Source: the human T2T-CHM13v2.0 reference genome, Homo sapiens. Taken from it: 64,000 nucleotides of DNA. A model generated the notes under the pieces. That model saw nothing but the letters and a program-made list of their open reading frames with translations, did no database searches and was not told the origin of the DNA. The position numbers were made by a program, and so were the translations under genes. The stretch is taken from NCBI RefSeq assembly GCF_009914755.1, contig NC_060932.1. One strand, written 5' to 3'. Below are positions 1-14,687 of this stretch, piece after piece. The stretch's first letter is position 1; the number at the start of each line of letters is the position of its first letter.

Positions 1-1739
1 ACATGGTAGCAATTTGACCATAGCTGAATGTTGACTAGAAGGATCAATACAGGAAACATGCAAAGTTATATATAGGAAAGAGATGGCAAACATGATGGGT
101 GAGCATTGTGGAGGAGTGGGATCAAAGGCATACTTGGAGGAACAGGAAACTGGATGCTCCTCCAGTGTACTGGGAAGGAAAATGCAGGACTGGGTAGAGA
201 TATGGGTAGATTTATGTTGGTTTTAGGAATTATCATTAGCCATATTGATACATTTGGATGGATATGGCTGGAGGTTGGCTGAATTTCGTCATCAGGCATC
301 AGCACAGAGCCATGGTGATTGTGTATAAAGGATCCACAAACCCGGATTTCTTGGCTCAAAACTCATAATCGCTAAAGGAAATGTGTGATTTACACCATAG
401 TTGGCAACATTTTTATTTTTCAGAAATTACCCTGTGTATTTTTATTACTTTTATTCCTAGGATCTTTTTTCCCTATTAGATCCTGTTCCTCAACATTTGC
501 TTCCAAGCATTCAGCAATGCTTTGAAACTTTTCTTGCTTGAAAATGGAACCCAACCAATTCAGTATAAAGCAGAATGTGAATAACACTGCAGTAAGCAAC
601 TCTACCATTTGAATCAGCACTTGGCTCCTTCACACCCCTTAACTTTAATCATGACAATTGATCTGCAAATCAAGTTGAGGGAAGAGCTTGGGGATTGGTT
701 CAGATGAATAGCTTCAATAAATGAAATGTTTCTCTAGCTAAGAATAAACACCACACCACAGGGGCAATTATGATCAGGGCAAGATTCAGTTTTATTTTTT
801 ACTATCCTCCTGCCAGTTTGCAAGTCCATGCATTAGCAAACATTTTAGACCTAAGAGCTGGTAGGCACCTACATGAAGTCGATAATTACACTTAAGAGAA
901 AACTCAACTTTAGCCATCCTTTGTGGAAGATTGAGTATTAGCCTTGCTATCATTTAGTTCTCCCTCTTGGTTGTTTATTTCTTTGATTCATCATAACTTA
1001 ACTGACCGAATGACAGAAATTTCCCCACCCAACAAACCACATGTGATTCAGTGACTGTACTGAGTGTACAAAGATCATTTGTTGGGGAAACTTTGTTCTC
1101 TGGAGTGAACACTTTTAAACAAATGTGGCAAATATATTTTAATTATGTCTGTGCTGGCATCATTTAGCCAGAGGAAACATTTTTTTGAGGAGCCATTTAA
1201 TCTCCCTTTGAAAGTTTTGGGTTTAATGTAGAAAAGCTTTATGAGAAGAGTAGCTTAGAGGGAGGAATAGGGCCCAGGACAAGCTCCAGGAGCACTGCAA
1301 GCTGTTTATAAGCAGCATGGAACAGACCTGTCTTCATTCTCAAGCAGGGCATTAATAATATGGAACAGTTAATGCCTTCTATTGCTTCTCAGCTATTGCT
1401 CATTAGTTGGAGCATTGCATGATATTGAAAAACATCCATGAATCATGCAGACACAAACATTTCATTCTCTCATCCCCTACCCTTACAATGTTTTATTAAT
1501 GCTTATACTGGAAATGCAAAATATCTGACACTCTAATTGGATTCTGTGCAAGTGAAACTATCAAATTGGGAATAGTAAACATCTTGCACCACTCAAACCC
1601 TAAACAGTATTGAACAACAACAAAAACAAATTATCACCCTCACCTTTCATTTTAAATAATTGATTTCATATTTGAATGACATTAAGCCATGTATTCTGAT
1701 AGTATTAATTAGTTTTCAAGGAAATATGTCTTTGCCTCT

Positions 1740-2030
1740 TGTCTTAGTCTATTTTCTGAATAAGAAAATAAATTTATTTCTTATAGTTCTGGAGACTGGG
1801 AAGTCCAAGAGCATAGTGCTAGCATCTGTTGAGGGCCTTCCTACTGCATCATAACATGGTGGAGGGCATTATATGGCGAGAGGGAGAAAGCCAGAGAGAG
1901 CTTGCTTTTATAGTAAAGCCACTCCCATGATAAGGAACCCACTGTCCTGATAGTGACACTAACCCATTCATGAGGGCAGAGAGATGTTTTTAACCCATTA
2001 ACTTTTGGGGGCTACATTTAACCTGTAATG
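1740..2030 (-). mobile_element. ERVL-MaLR LTR (MSTD/MLT1A-like)
   Basis: tgtcttagtc start, tttatttcttatagttctggagactgggaagtccaag motif. Confidence 0.7.
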
Positions 2031-2589
2031 CCTTTTATTGACTCTATTAGGCTTATAAGATGTTAAGTACTTCTATTAAACCATTCATGTTCCTATTCAA
2101 CTGTATATTTATGTGACCCAATGAATGAAATATTTTATTCTCTGTGGAAGTAATCCCTGACATCTTTCTTTTCTGAACTTCTCACAACACTGTCTGTAAA
2201 CCATATTTATGCTACTCGTCACATTATAGTTTAACCCACTGAGGTTTTTGACCTTGCCTACTAGGCTGCGGGTATCTTGGGCTGGTTATTATCCTCATAT
2301 TTAGCACAGAGCCTTGTATATCACGGCTGCGTGATAAATGATTGGTGATTGATTGAATGCATGTGTATGAACGGATGACTTAAAGCAAAAGATCAGGCTG
2401 AATTCACTGGATATTTTCCACATTTAGGGGCAAGGGAGAATGACAAGTATGACATTTTAAAATGTTTTAGTTAAAAATAAGATCCAAAACCTTTCTAATA
2501 GGGGTTTGGAAATTGTTAAAATTCAAAGGAAATAGGAGGAAAGTAGCATTTAGAGTACCATGATTCTTGGTACTGCACCTCTGGGTGCT

Positions 2590-2700
2590 TTCCCATGAGC
2601 TCTGTGAGGTCAGGGGACATGTCTGACTTGTTTGCCAGTGGTTAGCACAGCACTTGTTACATAGTAGTTGCTCAATAAATACCTCATGTCTGACTGACCA
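2590..2700 (+). mobile_element. L2 3' end fragment
   Basis: agcacagcacttgttacatagtagttgctcaataaata tail motif. Confidence 0.6.
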
Positions 2701-4101
2701 AAGGCTGTCTGCCCAGAGAGTCAGCCATGAAACTACTCTGGAAACACTGACACGGTTCAGAAAACGTGATTACCAAGGCATTCGAAATAATGCCATCTAT
2801 CTAGAAAGGCTTAGTGTCAGAAAAAACTTTTCCAGAGAACTTTGTCACTTCCAGGTGCTGCCTGACCAAGGTTGAAAGCAAAGAGTCCCCACCAGTTGGC
2901 CTCCCACATGTTTGTGCCCTAGTTGTAGCTTTTGTACTGATGGTGGCTTTCCTTTATGTTTCTATACTTGAAGGCATAAGGCCGGGGAAAGAAAGCTTTC
3001 AAATTCAGATCACTATGGGCAGAGCCCCTGAGTGGAGCAGTGGGGCTCTGTGAGGAAGATAGCTATAAGCTCCTCTTGGAGGGAAATGCCTCTCAAGTCA
3101 CCCACAGTCAAAGCTTAGCTGAAGATGTCTCAGCTTTTGAAATCTCCGTGCAAGGGCAGAAGGCAGATGTTATAAAACAAATAAGTCAGAAAGCCTCCAA
3201 AGTTCTGAGTAGTTTGTATCTTTTAAAAAAAGAAGAAACAAAAATTTAAAATCATGACTGTTACCATTCAGAATTGATATAAAGGATTTGCATTCAGTTA
3301 CCCCACTCTTACCATCATTAGAATGTACTTCATAAATATAAAATTCCCATGAGCCTTACAAAGTTCCTGCTCTGGTAGTTTACCTCTGAGCAAATACTAC
3401 TTTGTGCTTTATTTGATGTGTTAACAAATAAAACTTTGTGTGTTGAAGAAAGTGATCTGTGTTAATTGATATGTTTTCCCCTAACTTCGGCATTAAACAA
3501 ATGTGAGAGAGATGATTATTTGTGATAACTTGCCCTCCGCTTAATATTTAAAGTTTGAGTATTTTTAAATTGTACATAAATAAAATATGAATTTATAAGA
3601 CAAGAGACTACAAAAGGGATGATGCATTGTTTTCAGCTGGCAAGAGAGACTGCTACTACCAGTGTTTTACGAGCATATTAATCCTCATTGGTACATATAA
3701 TGTGTTGGTCTCCCATAGCCAATTATAAACATGTTTTATGGGAAGTTATCCCTCAATTTCTGCAGAGTCTCACTAAGGTAAGCATATCATGGCAGAGCCT
3801 ACCGAAAGCACTCAGAGGGCTGGATAAACAGTCCAATGGTGGGTGAACTTAGAGATGAGGGATGCCTATAACGTTTATCCTTCTTATAAGCCAAAGCTCT
3901 TTTCCTGTAAAGAGTAGGTGCTATTCAGATCTAAGCAGAGTTGTCACACATGCGTGTGGCAGGATCAAATTTCAGGACTGCCATTACCATCCTGGTTATC
4001 CCAGATGACCATGGGAGCTCCCTGGACTTCAGTCCTGCCAATTCTTCCTAACTAAAATTATTTCAAATAAAATATCTCAAATGGATTTGAGTTCTTTCTA
4101 A

Positions 4102-4452
<351 letters not shown>

Positions 4453-4539
4453 TATATGGACTCTCTTATTTCATCCTCACAGAAAGGATGATCCTGTTAT
4501 TTTCATTTTTCTTAATAGGCAAGGAAACTATGCTCAAGC

Positions 4540-4700
4540 TCCTTGCTACTCAAAGTGTGGTCCATAGACCAGGAGCATGAATATCACTTTGGAATTTGTT
4601 AAAAATACAAAATCAGTTGTAGAAGTACAAATCAGTTATCCCCAGAACAACGGATTCAAAACCTGAATTTTTACAAGATACCTGGGTGACTTGTAGCCTT
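4540..4700. mobile_element. MER5-type hAT-Charlie remnant
   Basis: ctactcaaagtgtggtcc...tttacaagatacctgggtga motifs. Confidence 0.6.
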
Positions 4701-4807
4701 GCCTAAATTCTCTCAGCTAAGAACATGGCAGAGCAGGGACTCAAAGTGTGTGGCTGGCACTAGAAATCTGACTTGGGACAGTGATCTCCCAGAGATCACA
4801 TAGTCGG

Positions 4808-5141
4808 TGTATTAGTCCGTTTTCATGCCGCTGATAAAGAGATACCTGAGACTGAGTAATTTATAAAGAAAAAGAGGTTTAATGGATTCACAGTTCCACG
4901 TAGCTGGGGAGGCCTCACAATCATGGTGGCAGGCAAGAGAGAATGAGAGCCGCGTCAAAGGGAAAACCCCCTATAAAGCCATCAGATCTCCTGAGACTTA
5001 CTCACTAGCATGAGAGCAGTATGGGGGAAACCACCCCCATGATTCAATTATCTCCCACCAGGTCCCTCCCACAGCATGTGGGAATTATGGGAGTTACAAT
5101 TCAAGATGAGATTTGGGTGGGGACACAGCCAAACCATATCA
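4808..5141 (-). mobile_element. THE1 solo LTR
   Basis: tgtattagtccgttttcatg ... ggacacagccaaaccatatca ends; 5-bp TSD gtcgg (4803-4807) / gttgg (5142-5146). Confidence 0.9.
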
Positions 5142-5789
5142 GTTGGCAAGTGTCAGGGAAAGGATATGACCCTGTGCTCAGGACTGTGAATATTTCACTC
5201 TGTTTTATTCACATTCTCTCAAGAAGGAAGGAATGGAGGGTAATTAGTAGTGTAAGTTTTTGTTAATTAAAATGGTTAAACACTATGCTGGTGGCTTCCT
5301 TAATAGAAAGGGAGTTAGAATTTTAATTCCCACTCCTGGTGTTGCTCCCTCTGAATCATCGTCATTGAAGAGTGTGTATTAAAAGAGCCTCCCTGTGTCT
5401 GGTGCTGTCTTAACATCTAAAGAAAGAGAATGGGACAGTCAAAAAGAACATTAATTATAGTTACCTGCTCAACATGCTAGCTGAGTGCCCGGCACAGTGC
5501 TTATTAGCATTTAAAATATACGACTTAAACTTCCAGAAACAATCCTATAAAGCAGAAAGTATTATCACTCACGCTTTTAACCCTTGAAATGGTTGCCAGG
5601 TTTGGCTGACCTTAATTAACTATAGGCCTGGAAGGGTGGGTGAGAGGTAAAAAGATTATGAAGATGTGAGGTATTCTATGCAGGAGAAAGTATGAGGACA
5701 ATGCTTAGAAGGACAGAGTGCCACATACTCACGGGGGTTTGATGAGAGTGAAGCAAAAACCATTGATGACTTCTCACTTAATTATGGCA

Positions 5790-5990
5790 CCAGCTGGATA
5801 CCTGGGTAAATCCTGGATCAGCCCTGACCTGCCGTGTGACCTTAGGCAAGCTGTTTGGGCTCTCTGTTTTGATCTTTGTAATTTGAAAAAATGACAGCCT
5901 CATAGCTATGTGAGGCTAATTAAAAGAGTTAATATCTCTGAGTGCTTAGACATTGCCTCTCATGGGTGCTATGCAGTTGTTAGCTCTTAG
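5790..5990 (+). mobile_element. MIR
   Basis: tgtgaccttaggcaag...tctctgtttt core. Confidence 0.6.
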
Positions 5991-6609
5991 TTTTCAATCC
6001 TCTTTGGGAATACCCAGAAGTATTAGATACAGCCTTCTTAAAACCTTCAAGCTAATAACTTGCTTGTGAATGGTGGAGAGGTCCTGAGGTGTAATGTGAG
6101 GAATGCATTGTAAAAGAGCAAAGGAAGAGAAGATAAGGAAGGCCGAGGTTTTACCACCAGGCTTAATCACCTTATTGGAGGTGCTTAGACTCCATTCAAA
6201 GCCTCTAGTTTGTTGGCTCCTTTGTTCTTTCTGGCAACTCTAATAGAGTCCCAGATTTTTGTATGCATCAGCATTATCTGGGGAACAGTGTAGAGTGCAT
6301 CTTCCTGAGCCTTTTTCTAAAATGTTTGATGTGTGTAGTCTGGTGTAGAACTCAGGCATCTGAATTCTGCTGAGTTCCGCATCTGTTCATGGTGGTTCTA
6401 GATGACTCCTCTTCTCTCATGGTGAAACAGAATCCACCCTCCCCTCTTACCATATGGCTCCCTGTGTCCACGTTCAAGTTTCCTCTGCAGATGAAGAGAC
6501 AACTATGCCAAACACTCATGTGTAGCCCCCCAAAACAGCCACTGTTCAAGACGAGGTAAAGTATTCATGGAAACTTCATATGACTTGAGTCAAATTACTT
6601 GCAAACACT

Positions 6610-6780
6610 AAAAGAGTATACTTGGATTGTTTGTAGCACAAAGGATAAGTATGAGAGGTGATGTATACCCCATACCCTGATGTGATTATTATACATCACA
6701 TGCCTGTATCAAAATCTCACGTAATCAAGAAATATATACACCTACTCTGTACCCACAAAAATCAAAAATTAAAGAGAAAT
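6610..6780 (+). mobile_element. L1MA-type 3' end fragment
   Basis: ttggattgtttgtagcacaaaggataa...gtacccacaaaaat. Confidence 0.75.
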
Positions 6781-7389
6781 ACTTGTAAATTATGATGACC
6801 TGTTTTCTAAATTTTGTACATTTTTATAATTTTGGGATAAATGTGGCAAGGCTTAATGCAGTAATCCCCAAAATTATCCCAAAATAAATGGTCCCCCAAA
6901 TTATGGGATTACTTTGGAGATACGAAAAAGAAAATAGGTCTTAGTACAATTGAATGGCCACTCTTCTTGCCTGGCTTGAAGAAACTAAATCAGTTCTTGA
7001 AAAAATAGCTTGAGGCTCATGCAGCTTTGGAAACTCCTGACAGTAGAAAGGCTAGCATTGAGCATCAGATGTGAGTGGAATTAATTTGAGGCCAGGTCTG
7101 TGGTAAGGGTGTAGATGATCAAGATAGGATTGGGAGGTTTGTGGCAAGGGTTTATGTAAATAATAAACTCAAAGATGTGGATACTAGGAGGGTGAGCAAA
7201 AGCAATTGCAGTGAGTGGGGAAATGCCTGAGATGGCAGGAAGCAGATGGAAAACATCAGCATTACTGCAAAATTACCAGTATGTTTGAGTTCCTCCAACT
7301 TTTCATTAGGGGCTGTCGAGATGGTTTTATTTTTAAACCGAAGCCTATTTCCCCGCTTTGAGATACACTAAGTCAGGAAAGTGATTTTG

Positions 7390-7600
7390 CACAGTGGTTG
7401 GCTCTGGAGCCGGACTGCCTTTGATCAGACTCTAGCTTTCCTGCTCCCTACTGGGTGAATTAAGCAGGTTGCTTAACCTCTCTGTGCTATTTCCTAACAA
7501 CCTTAGAGGGTTATTGTGATAATGAAATAATACACCGAAATATTTCACATTGTACTTGACACTGAGAAATTCCTTGACGTGTGTTTAGCTATTGTCATTA
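7390..7600 (+). mobile_element. MIR
   Basis: ggctctggagcc...gcttaacctctctgtgc core. Confidence 0.6.
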
Positions 7601-8550
7601 TTTTCAATTATTTTTCTTGCTTTTAAGCTTGAAGTGGTGGGAAAAAGCCCTGATTCAGATGATCTAGACGATATTTATTATTTGATGGAAAGTAGGTTAT
7701 AAATTCTGTAGTTCAGTGAGGATATTAGAAACCCAGGTACTTTTGATCTTAATATTCGGTGATCCTCAATGTGTTGACTATACATACAAGCTGGCTTCAC
7801 TCATGGAGGCAAGATAGCTGCGGTAGCTTCTGCCATCACATTCAGACACAACAGTGTTCAGAAGAGAAAAATAAACACTTTTCTTCTTGGATACATCTTT
7901 TTAAGTCCCAGAGTCCCCCAATATACTGTCATTCACATTTCAGTGGTCAGAATGGTTTCTTCTGCCTATTACTTGTATGGCAAATGGAATTATCCTGATT
8001 GGCATATGAAATTGCAGGGGCTTGATAAAGAATGTACTAGATAGAGCAGCTCCCTTTAAAAGGAGGAAGAAATTCAGCAACAGTAGTATTCACTAGAGGA
8101 CCAGGTATAATCATTCAGTGTCAGAGACAAAGAATTTGAGGACTGAAGATTTAAACAGTTAGCCTGAGGTCACAGAGTTAGGGAATGATTAGGCAGTGTT
8201 TGAACTGAAGTATTTCGGAATCTAAAGTCACTGTACCTTGCAACATGATTCATGGACTTTTTGCTTTGGGTTGGGACATATATCTAGGAGTCTGAGAGCA
8301 CTGATTGAATACTTTTAGGGAATGTAATAAAAGGAAGGATTCAGAACAGGACAGCTGTGTCCAGCATTCACCAGTGATTGTGTAGGCATCTAAGGACTGC
8401 GTGGAAAAGCCCTGTGAATCTCAAGTGGGACAGACGTGGCTTGGTGGGTCAAGACTTTTGGAAAAGGGCAAGAGGGCTGTCAAACTCGAGGAGCAAATGA
8501 TACCGGCCATGTTGCTTTAATGATTTATTTCATAATTTTCTGGCTTTTAA

Positions 8551-8941
<391 letters not shown>

Positions 8942-9134
8942 CAGGGCTTTTCTTATCAGTTCCTCTACACAGACCCACGATATGGCTGAAATACTGTGGT
9001 TATTGGTGCCATTAGAGGCAGTTTATCTTTACCCTGTAAGTAAGAATCACTTCATGGCAAAGGTCCTAGAGGCAATGACAACACAGCGTGGTGGATAGAG
9101 AAATTTTCGTGGGTCTTGGTTATTGATAAAAGGA

Positions 9135-9516
9135 GAGTAAACAGGTGAAGTCATGGAGATAGAGAGCAGAAGGATGGTTACCAAAGGCTGGGAAGAGTAG
9201 TGGGGTGATGGGGGAGGTAAAGGGGAGGTGGGGATGGTTAATGGGTAAAAAAAATAGAATGTGCAAATAAGGCCTAGTATTTGATAGCACAATAGTAACT
9301 ATATAGTTAATAATTTAATTGTACATTTTAAAATAACTGTAAGAGTATAATTGGATTGTTTGTACCCTAAGGATAAATGCTTGAGGGGATGGATACCCCA
9401 TTTTCTATGATGTGATTATTACACAGTACATTCCTGGATCAAAACATCTCATGTTCCCTGTAAGTATACATACCTACTATATGCCATAAAAATTAAAAAT
9501 TATTTTTTTAAAAAAA
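9135..9516 (+). mobile_element. L1MA-type 3' end
   Basis: catggagatagagagcagaaggatggttaccaaaggctgggaag...A-rich tail. Confidence 0.8.
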
Positions 9517-11080
9517 TTAAGAGGAAAAAAAGCATACCAAGAAACCTTGCTTTTGGAGCTGAGTAGGTTGCAAGGGCTGTGGTTTAGTTGGGACCATGCT
9601 GGACCTGGAGTTGGAAGCCCTCTCACTGTCACACATTGGTCCTATCATGACAGTCATGGCACTTAAATTTTCTTGTTCAGGAAAATGAATGTAATAACAA
9701 CAATCCCAAGGCTGTTGCACAAAATGAAGGGGTGAATATATGTGGAAGTGCTTTGAAAGTCCAAAAGCTCCCTCTAGGAACTTCTTGGCACTCTGATATT
9801 CCGTTACTTCACTGTTTGGATTTCAGTGCATTCTTCATACAGTGACCTTGGGGAGTCTTTTGTTTGTTTTGTTTAAGTCTATGATTGTTTTCAGATACAG
9901 CTGGGAAGAAAAGTTAAAATTCTGACCTAGGTCTAGATTATTTTAATGTTTTAAATTATCCTCATCTGCTGAGGGCCTGACATTTTGTCTTTATGAGAGA
10001 TCACTGGGAGTTTCCTAAGAAGAAAGACTGTATTTCTCTTCAGAGACTAGTGAGAGACAAAGGCAGGGATCACTTGCATCAAGCTACCGCCTTTGAATCT
10101 TTTCTCATAATTGCTAAATGGGCAAGTCCAGAGTGAGCCCTCTAAAAAGACAAATTGTACATTTTTTGAAGCACTGCTGGGAGGTAGAAAGTGACCTCAT
10201 ATCTCTTCCAGCTTTCTCTTCAAAAAAGAAGATTTCAGAGAGTGAAGTGGCAGAGTGGCAGAAAACAAATTTGGATAGATTGGCAGGTGGCACCAGGGCA
10301 GGGACTATGCCTTTTGGAATGCCAGCTAAGCACTAAGCCCTTTAATTACACACACTGGTGATAAGCTCGGCAGAGCTGAGAGGGAGAGCACTGGAAAATA
10401 AAGATGTAGAGCTTCGTTTGCAGTCTAGAAATGAACTGGAGGTATTTGGCAGAATTCTAGCATCTTTAGAAAAGGAAATGTAGCAGTGTGCATGCCTCAG
10501 GTTTGATTTAGTGAGCATTTTGTCAAAACTTAAATAGTTTGAATTTATTATTAATAGCTAAGGTCTAAGGTAAATGAAAAATTACTTATTTTCTTTGATT
10601 CTTGCTATGACTCTTCAAGGTTGATTTTGGAAACTTAATAGATAAGGAGGAGAGGGAGGCTTGAGGAGGCTAAGGAACTTTAATTGTGTGCCCGGGGGGC
10701 CAAGTGTTCCCTTTCCCCAGTATTTTCTACTATGTCATAGAATAAAGGTCTGTACTCAGAAATTGTGTAGACACGGAGAAATAGTATATGGTGGGGTACA
10801 GGGCCAGAGGGAGTATCAGAATCACAGGAATAGCACGAGTTATTCATTTCCTGTGCACCAATCAAAGAAAATAGGTTTACTATTGTAGCAAAGTAGTAGA
10901 GATAAGGGCAAGAGGTCAGGCTTCAGCTCTCCATGGGATGTAGGGGTACATGCCAGGACCAAGAAGCAGCAAGGGAGGAAAGGGTACAAATTGCTAGAGC
11001 CCTGCAGTCAGGAAGAGAGCACAGGGTCAAATATAGATCCCTGTACAAATTTTTAGCTTATCTTGCTGGGAGAACAAGAA

Positions 11081-11650
11081 TCTCCTCTCCTCTCCTCTCC
11101 CCTCCCTTCCCCTCTCCCCTCCCCTCCCTTCCCCTCTCCCCTCCCCTGCCTTCCCCTCTCTCCTCCCCTCTCTCCTCCCCTCCCCTCCCCTCTCCTCTCC
11201 CCTCCCCTCCCCTCTCCTCTCCCCTCCCCTCTCCTCCCCCCTTCCCTCCCCTTGCCTCTCCCCTCCCTTCCCCTCTCCCCTCCCCTCCCCTCCCTTCCCC
11301 TCTCCCCTCCCCTCCCCTCTCCCCTCCCCCCTCCCCTCCCCTCCCCTCTCCCCTCCCCCCTCCCCCCTCCCCTCCCCTCCCCTCCCCTCTCCCCTCCCCC
11401 CTCCCCCCTCCCCTCCCCTCCCCTCTCCCCTCCCCCCTCCCCTCCCCTCCCCCCTCCCCTCCCCTCTCCCCTCCCCTCTCCTCTCCTTCCCTCCCCTCCC
11501 CTCCCATTCCTTCCCCTCCTATTCCTTCCCCTCCCTTTCCCTCCCATTCCTTCCCCTCCCTTTCTCTCCCATTCCTTCCCCTCCCTTTCCCCTACCCCTC
11601 CCCTGTCTTCTCCTCCCCTCCTCTCTTCTCTTCTCTCCTTCTTTTCTTTC
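11081..11650. repeat. About 570-bp polypyrimidine/polypurine tract, (CCCCT)n-like
   Basis: Almost exclusively C/T on the + strand. Confidence 0.97.
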
Positions 11651-11720
11651 TGAGACCCTGGGCCATACTACATGCTGAATTTCTTCCCCTGCATTGGATA
11701 CTTTTCCCATCCTTTCTCAC

Positions 11721-12532
11721 TGTGAGCATATAGGAAACAGAACAAAACAGAAACAGTGGGGTCTTCTTATTCTCTTCTTACCACAACACAGAATACTTCT
11801 GTGACCTCAGATATTCGTGGGTTTTTCCCCACACCAAGCAACTTTCTGGCAGATTCTCCAGCAGACACTTGGTGTCCTGTAATTCAGATCCCACAGGTTG
11901 AAGGCTTAGTTCCACACAATTGTCTCCACTTCAGATGCCAACTGAAAGCCTGACTATATCCTGGGGTTCTCACAACCCCTCCTCAAGTTTGATTAATTTG
12001 CTAGGATGAATCACAGAGCTTAAGGAAACCCTTACTTAGGTTTGCTGGTTATTATAAAGACTATTAGAAATGATACAGGTGAATGCCAGATGGCCATGAT
12101 ATGGGGGAGGGGCTGCAGAGCTTTCGTGCCCTCTTTGGGTGCACCATCATTCAAGAACCTCCAGTGTCCAGCAACCTGGAGGCTACCAGAATCCAGTCCT
12201 TTGGGGTTTTAATGGAAACTTCATTACTAGGCATTTTTCATTACATCCTTGGCTAATGGTGATTCACTCAACCTTCATTCCCTCTCTCCTCCCCCTTACC
12301 TGGAGTTCAGGAGGTGGAGCTGAAAGTCACAACATTCTGTTGAAGCCTTGGTCTTGGTCTTTCCAGTGACCAGCCCCCACCCTGGAGCTACCTAGGGGGT
12401 AGCAGTTACCAGTCATCTTTTTTATATCCAAAAAAAAAAAAAAAAAAAAACACTTTGGAGATTCCCAGGATATTAGGAGTTGTGTGCCAAGAAAAGGGAA
12501 CAAAGACCAAATATGTATTTCACAGTATCACA
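11721..12532 (-). mobile_element. MER21-family LTR
   Basis: gtttttccccacaccaag, ctccagcagacac and terminal aaagaccaaatatgtatttcacagtatcaca motifs. Confidence 0.75.
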
Positions 12533-13469
12533 CACATCGTTGCCTATGTTGAAATAGATATTATCAGTTGTTGCATGTGTTTGCACCTGTGATCAGTTAT
12601 CACCTGCTGCCTCAACTTTTTTTAGCGACAATAAGGCTTCATTGCTGAGGTTGTAATAAATAGCCTCTTACCACCTCTGCCTCATGAGGTGGCCCTGAGA
12701 CCAAGAAATATTTGATTCCACCATATCCTCACCAGTTAGCTCAGGATGCACTGGGAAGCTCAGTACAAACAGCCTTATTCAACATCTCAGCTTGGCCAGA
12801 CAAGTCAGGCCTGCTGTCTATAAGTTCGAGTCAATCCACTTGATTTTCTAAGGAGGAAGCTTTCTACATTTTTTTGTCCTGGGTAGTATACACAAGTGAA
12901 GCAAAAGCTCCCTGCTGCCTTCACTTGCCAGGAAAATGGATGTTTTCAGAGATGACACATATAAATCAATGTCTGGTATTTATTTAATGTCACACCTAAA
13001 TTATTAATTCACTCTTGACAGGAACAAATGTACAGTAAAATTTACTAATTTGGACTAATTGAGGGAAAGGCCAATTATATAGCAAAGCCTCCATTAATTG
13101 GCCTCCAACTAAGAGGACCTCAATTAATCATTTTGTTGTTGTTGGTCTTCCCTCAAGTATAAGAGATTTGCATCTCTTAGGAAAATCAAGCTTTCAGGGA
13201 CTTTCCTCTTCAAAAGAGATTTCTAGATTATACCTTAAGATCTATGTAAGAGCAGTTCTTCTTTCACTGATTCTTCCCATACTTAGCACCATGATGGGCT
13301 GTGAAATCCTGAGATGCCAAGAAAATACTGAAATAAGGCCTTGTGTAAATACAATGAACATGATTTCTGGCTAACCTGTGGTAATTTAGGACCAGTATAT
13401 AAAATCATGTTAATAATTCTGTGTGCACTCTGAAATAAGCATTTTATGTGATTTAGGTCTTAATTTTTA

Positions 13470-13613
13470 TAGCTGGTGCAGTGGTGTGTTTCTATAGTCC
13501 TAGCCACTTAGGAGGCTCAGGTGGGAGGATCTCTTGAGCCCAGGAATTCAAGGCCAGCCTGACCAATGTAGAGAGTTCCCACCTCTAAGATTAAAAAAAA
13601 AAAAAAAAAAAAA
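13470..13613 (+). mobile_element. Free Alu monomer (FLAM)
   Basis: Single arm plus A tail; TSD aggtcttaatttt at 13455-13467 and 13613-13625. Confidence 0.85.
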
Positions 13614-13751
13614 GGTCTTAATTTTCACAATCCCCTTCCAGGAGGAAGTTGTATGTCTATTCCTATGTTAAATAGAAGAAAACAAAGGTCGAGAGGAGTT
13701 AAGTAAATTGATGAAGGCCTCACAATAATAAGTGGTAGGAAGGATCTAATC

Positions 13752-13969
13752 CAGGGTTATCCAATCTTTTGGCTTTTCTGGGCCACATTGAAAGAAGAAG
13801 AATTGTCTTGGGCCACACAAAAAATAGATTAACAATAGCTGATGAGCTAAAAAAAAAATTAAAAAAAAAAACCCTCAAAGTTTTAAGAAAGTTTATGAAT
13901 TTGTGTTGGGCTACGTTCAAAGCCGTCCTGGGCTGCATGTAGCCACATGGAGTAGGTTGGATGTGCTTG
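13752..13969. mobile_element. MER30 hAT-Charlie element nested in a MIR
   Basis: tccaatcttttggct...gggccacattg motif; 8-bp TSD atctaatc/atctaaac. Confidence 0.85.
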
Positions 13970-14357
13970 ATCTAAACTCAAGCTGTCTGACTCTAAAACT
14001 GATATACTTAACCTTGACCAGGACCTTCTGAGTGCCTGGCTATTCGAAGGTGGAGATGGTCTTGACAGGCAATGGTTGCCTCCACATCAGATCTGGTCTA
14101 GCAGAAGATGGGTGATATGTTAGTAGGATTCAAAAATTGAAATGATGTTGAGATATTTAAATTGTATTCCACCTCTAAGATACTGAGGTACTATGGTTCT
14201 AACCAGAATACACCCCCAATCAAAACACCTCACTTCGTTAGACTATCAACTAATGGAGGTTATACTACAGTAAAACACATTAAAAGTATAAAGCATAAGT
14301 TCAAAAGTTTACTTTTCCCTTTCATATACTAATGCAAGTAAGGTTAAGGGTTATCTG

Positions 14358-14580
14358 AGCTGGATGCAGTGGCTCATGCCTGTAATCCCAGCACTTTGGT
14401 GGGCAGAGGCAAAAGGATTACTTGAGGTCAAGAGTTCAAGACAAGCCTGAGCAACATGGTGAGACCCTGTCTCTACAAGACATTATAAAATTAGCCAGGC
14501 ACGTGCTTATATAGTCTTAGCTACTCAGGAGGCTGAGGCAGGAGGATCTCTTGAGTCTGAGAGTTCAAGGCTAATAGTGA

Positions 14581-14585
<5 letters not shown>
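14358..14585 (+). mobile_element. AluJ, 3'-truncated at a (TA)n tract
   Basis: Left arm plus part of the right arm, ending at gtgagccat. Confidence 0.85.
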
Positions 14586-14625
<40 letters not shown>

Positions 14626-14649
14626 GCATAGATTATATATTCAGATATG

Positions 14650-14682
<33 letters not shown>
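14584..14682. repeat. Two (TA)n tracts
   Basis: About 14584-14622 and 14654-14682. Confidence 0.95.

Positions 14683-14687
<5 letters not shown>

Noticed and set aside
10933-11733. 266-aa Pro/Ser-rich ORF and overlapping Gly/Arg/Glu-rich ORFs
   Set aside because: Artefact of the C/T-only tract, which cannot contain stop codons in any frame.
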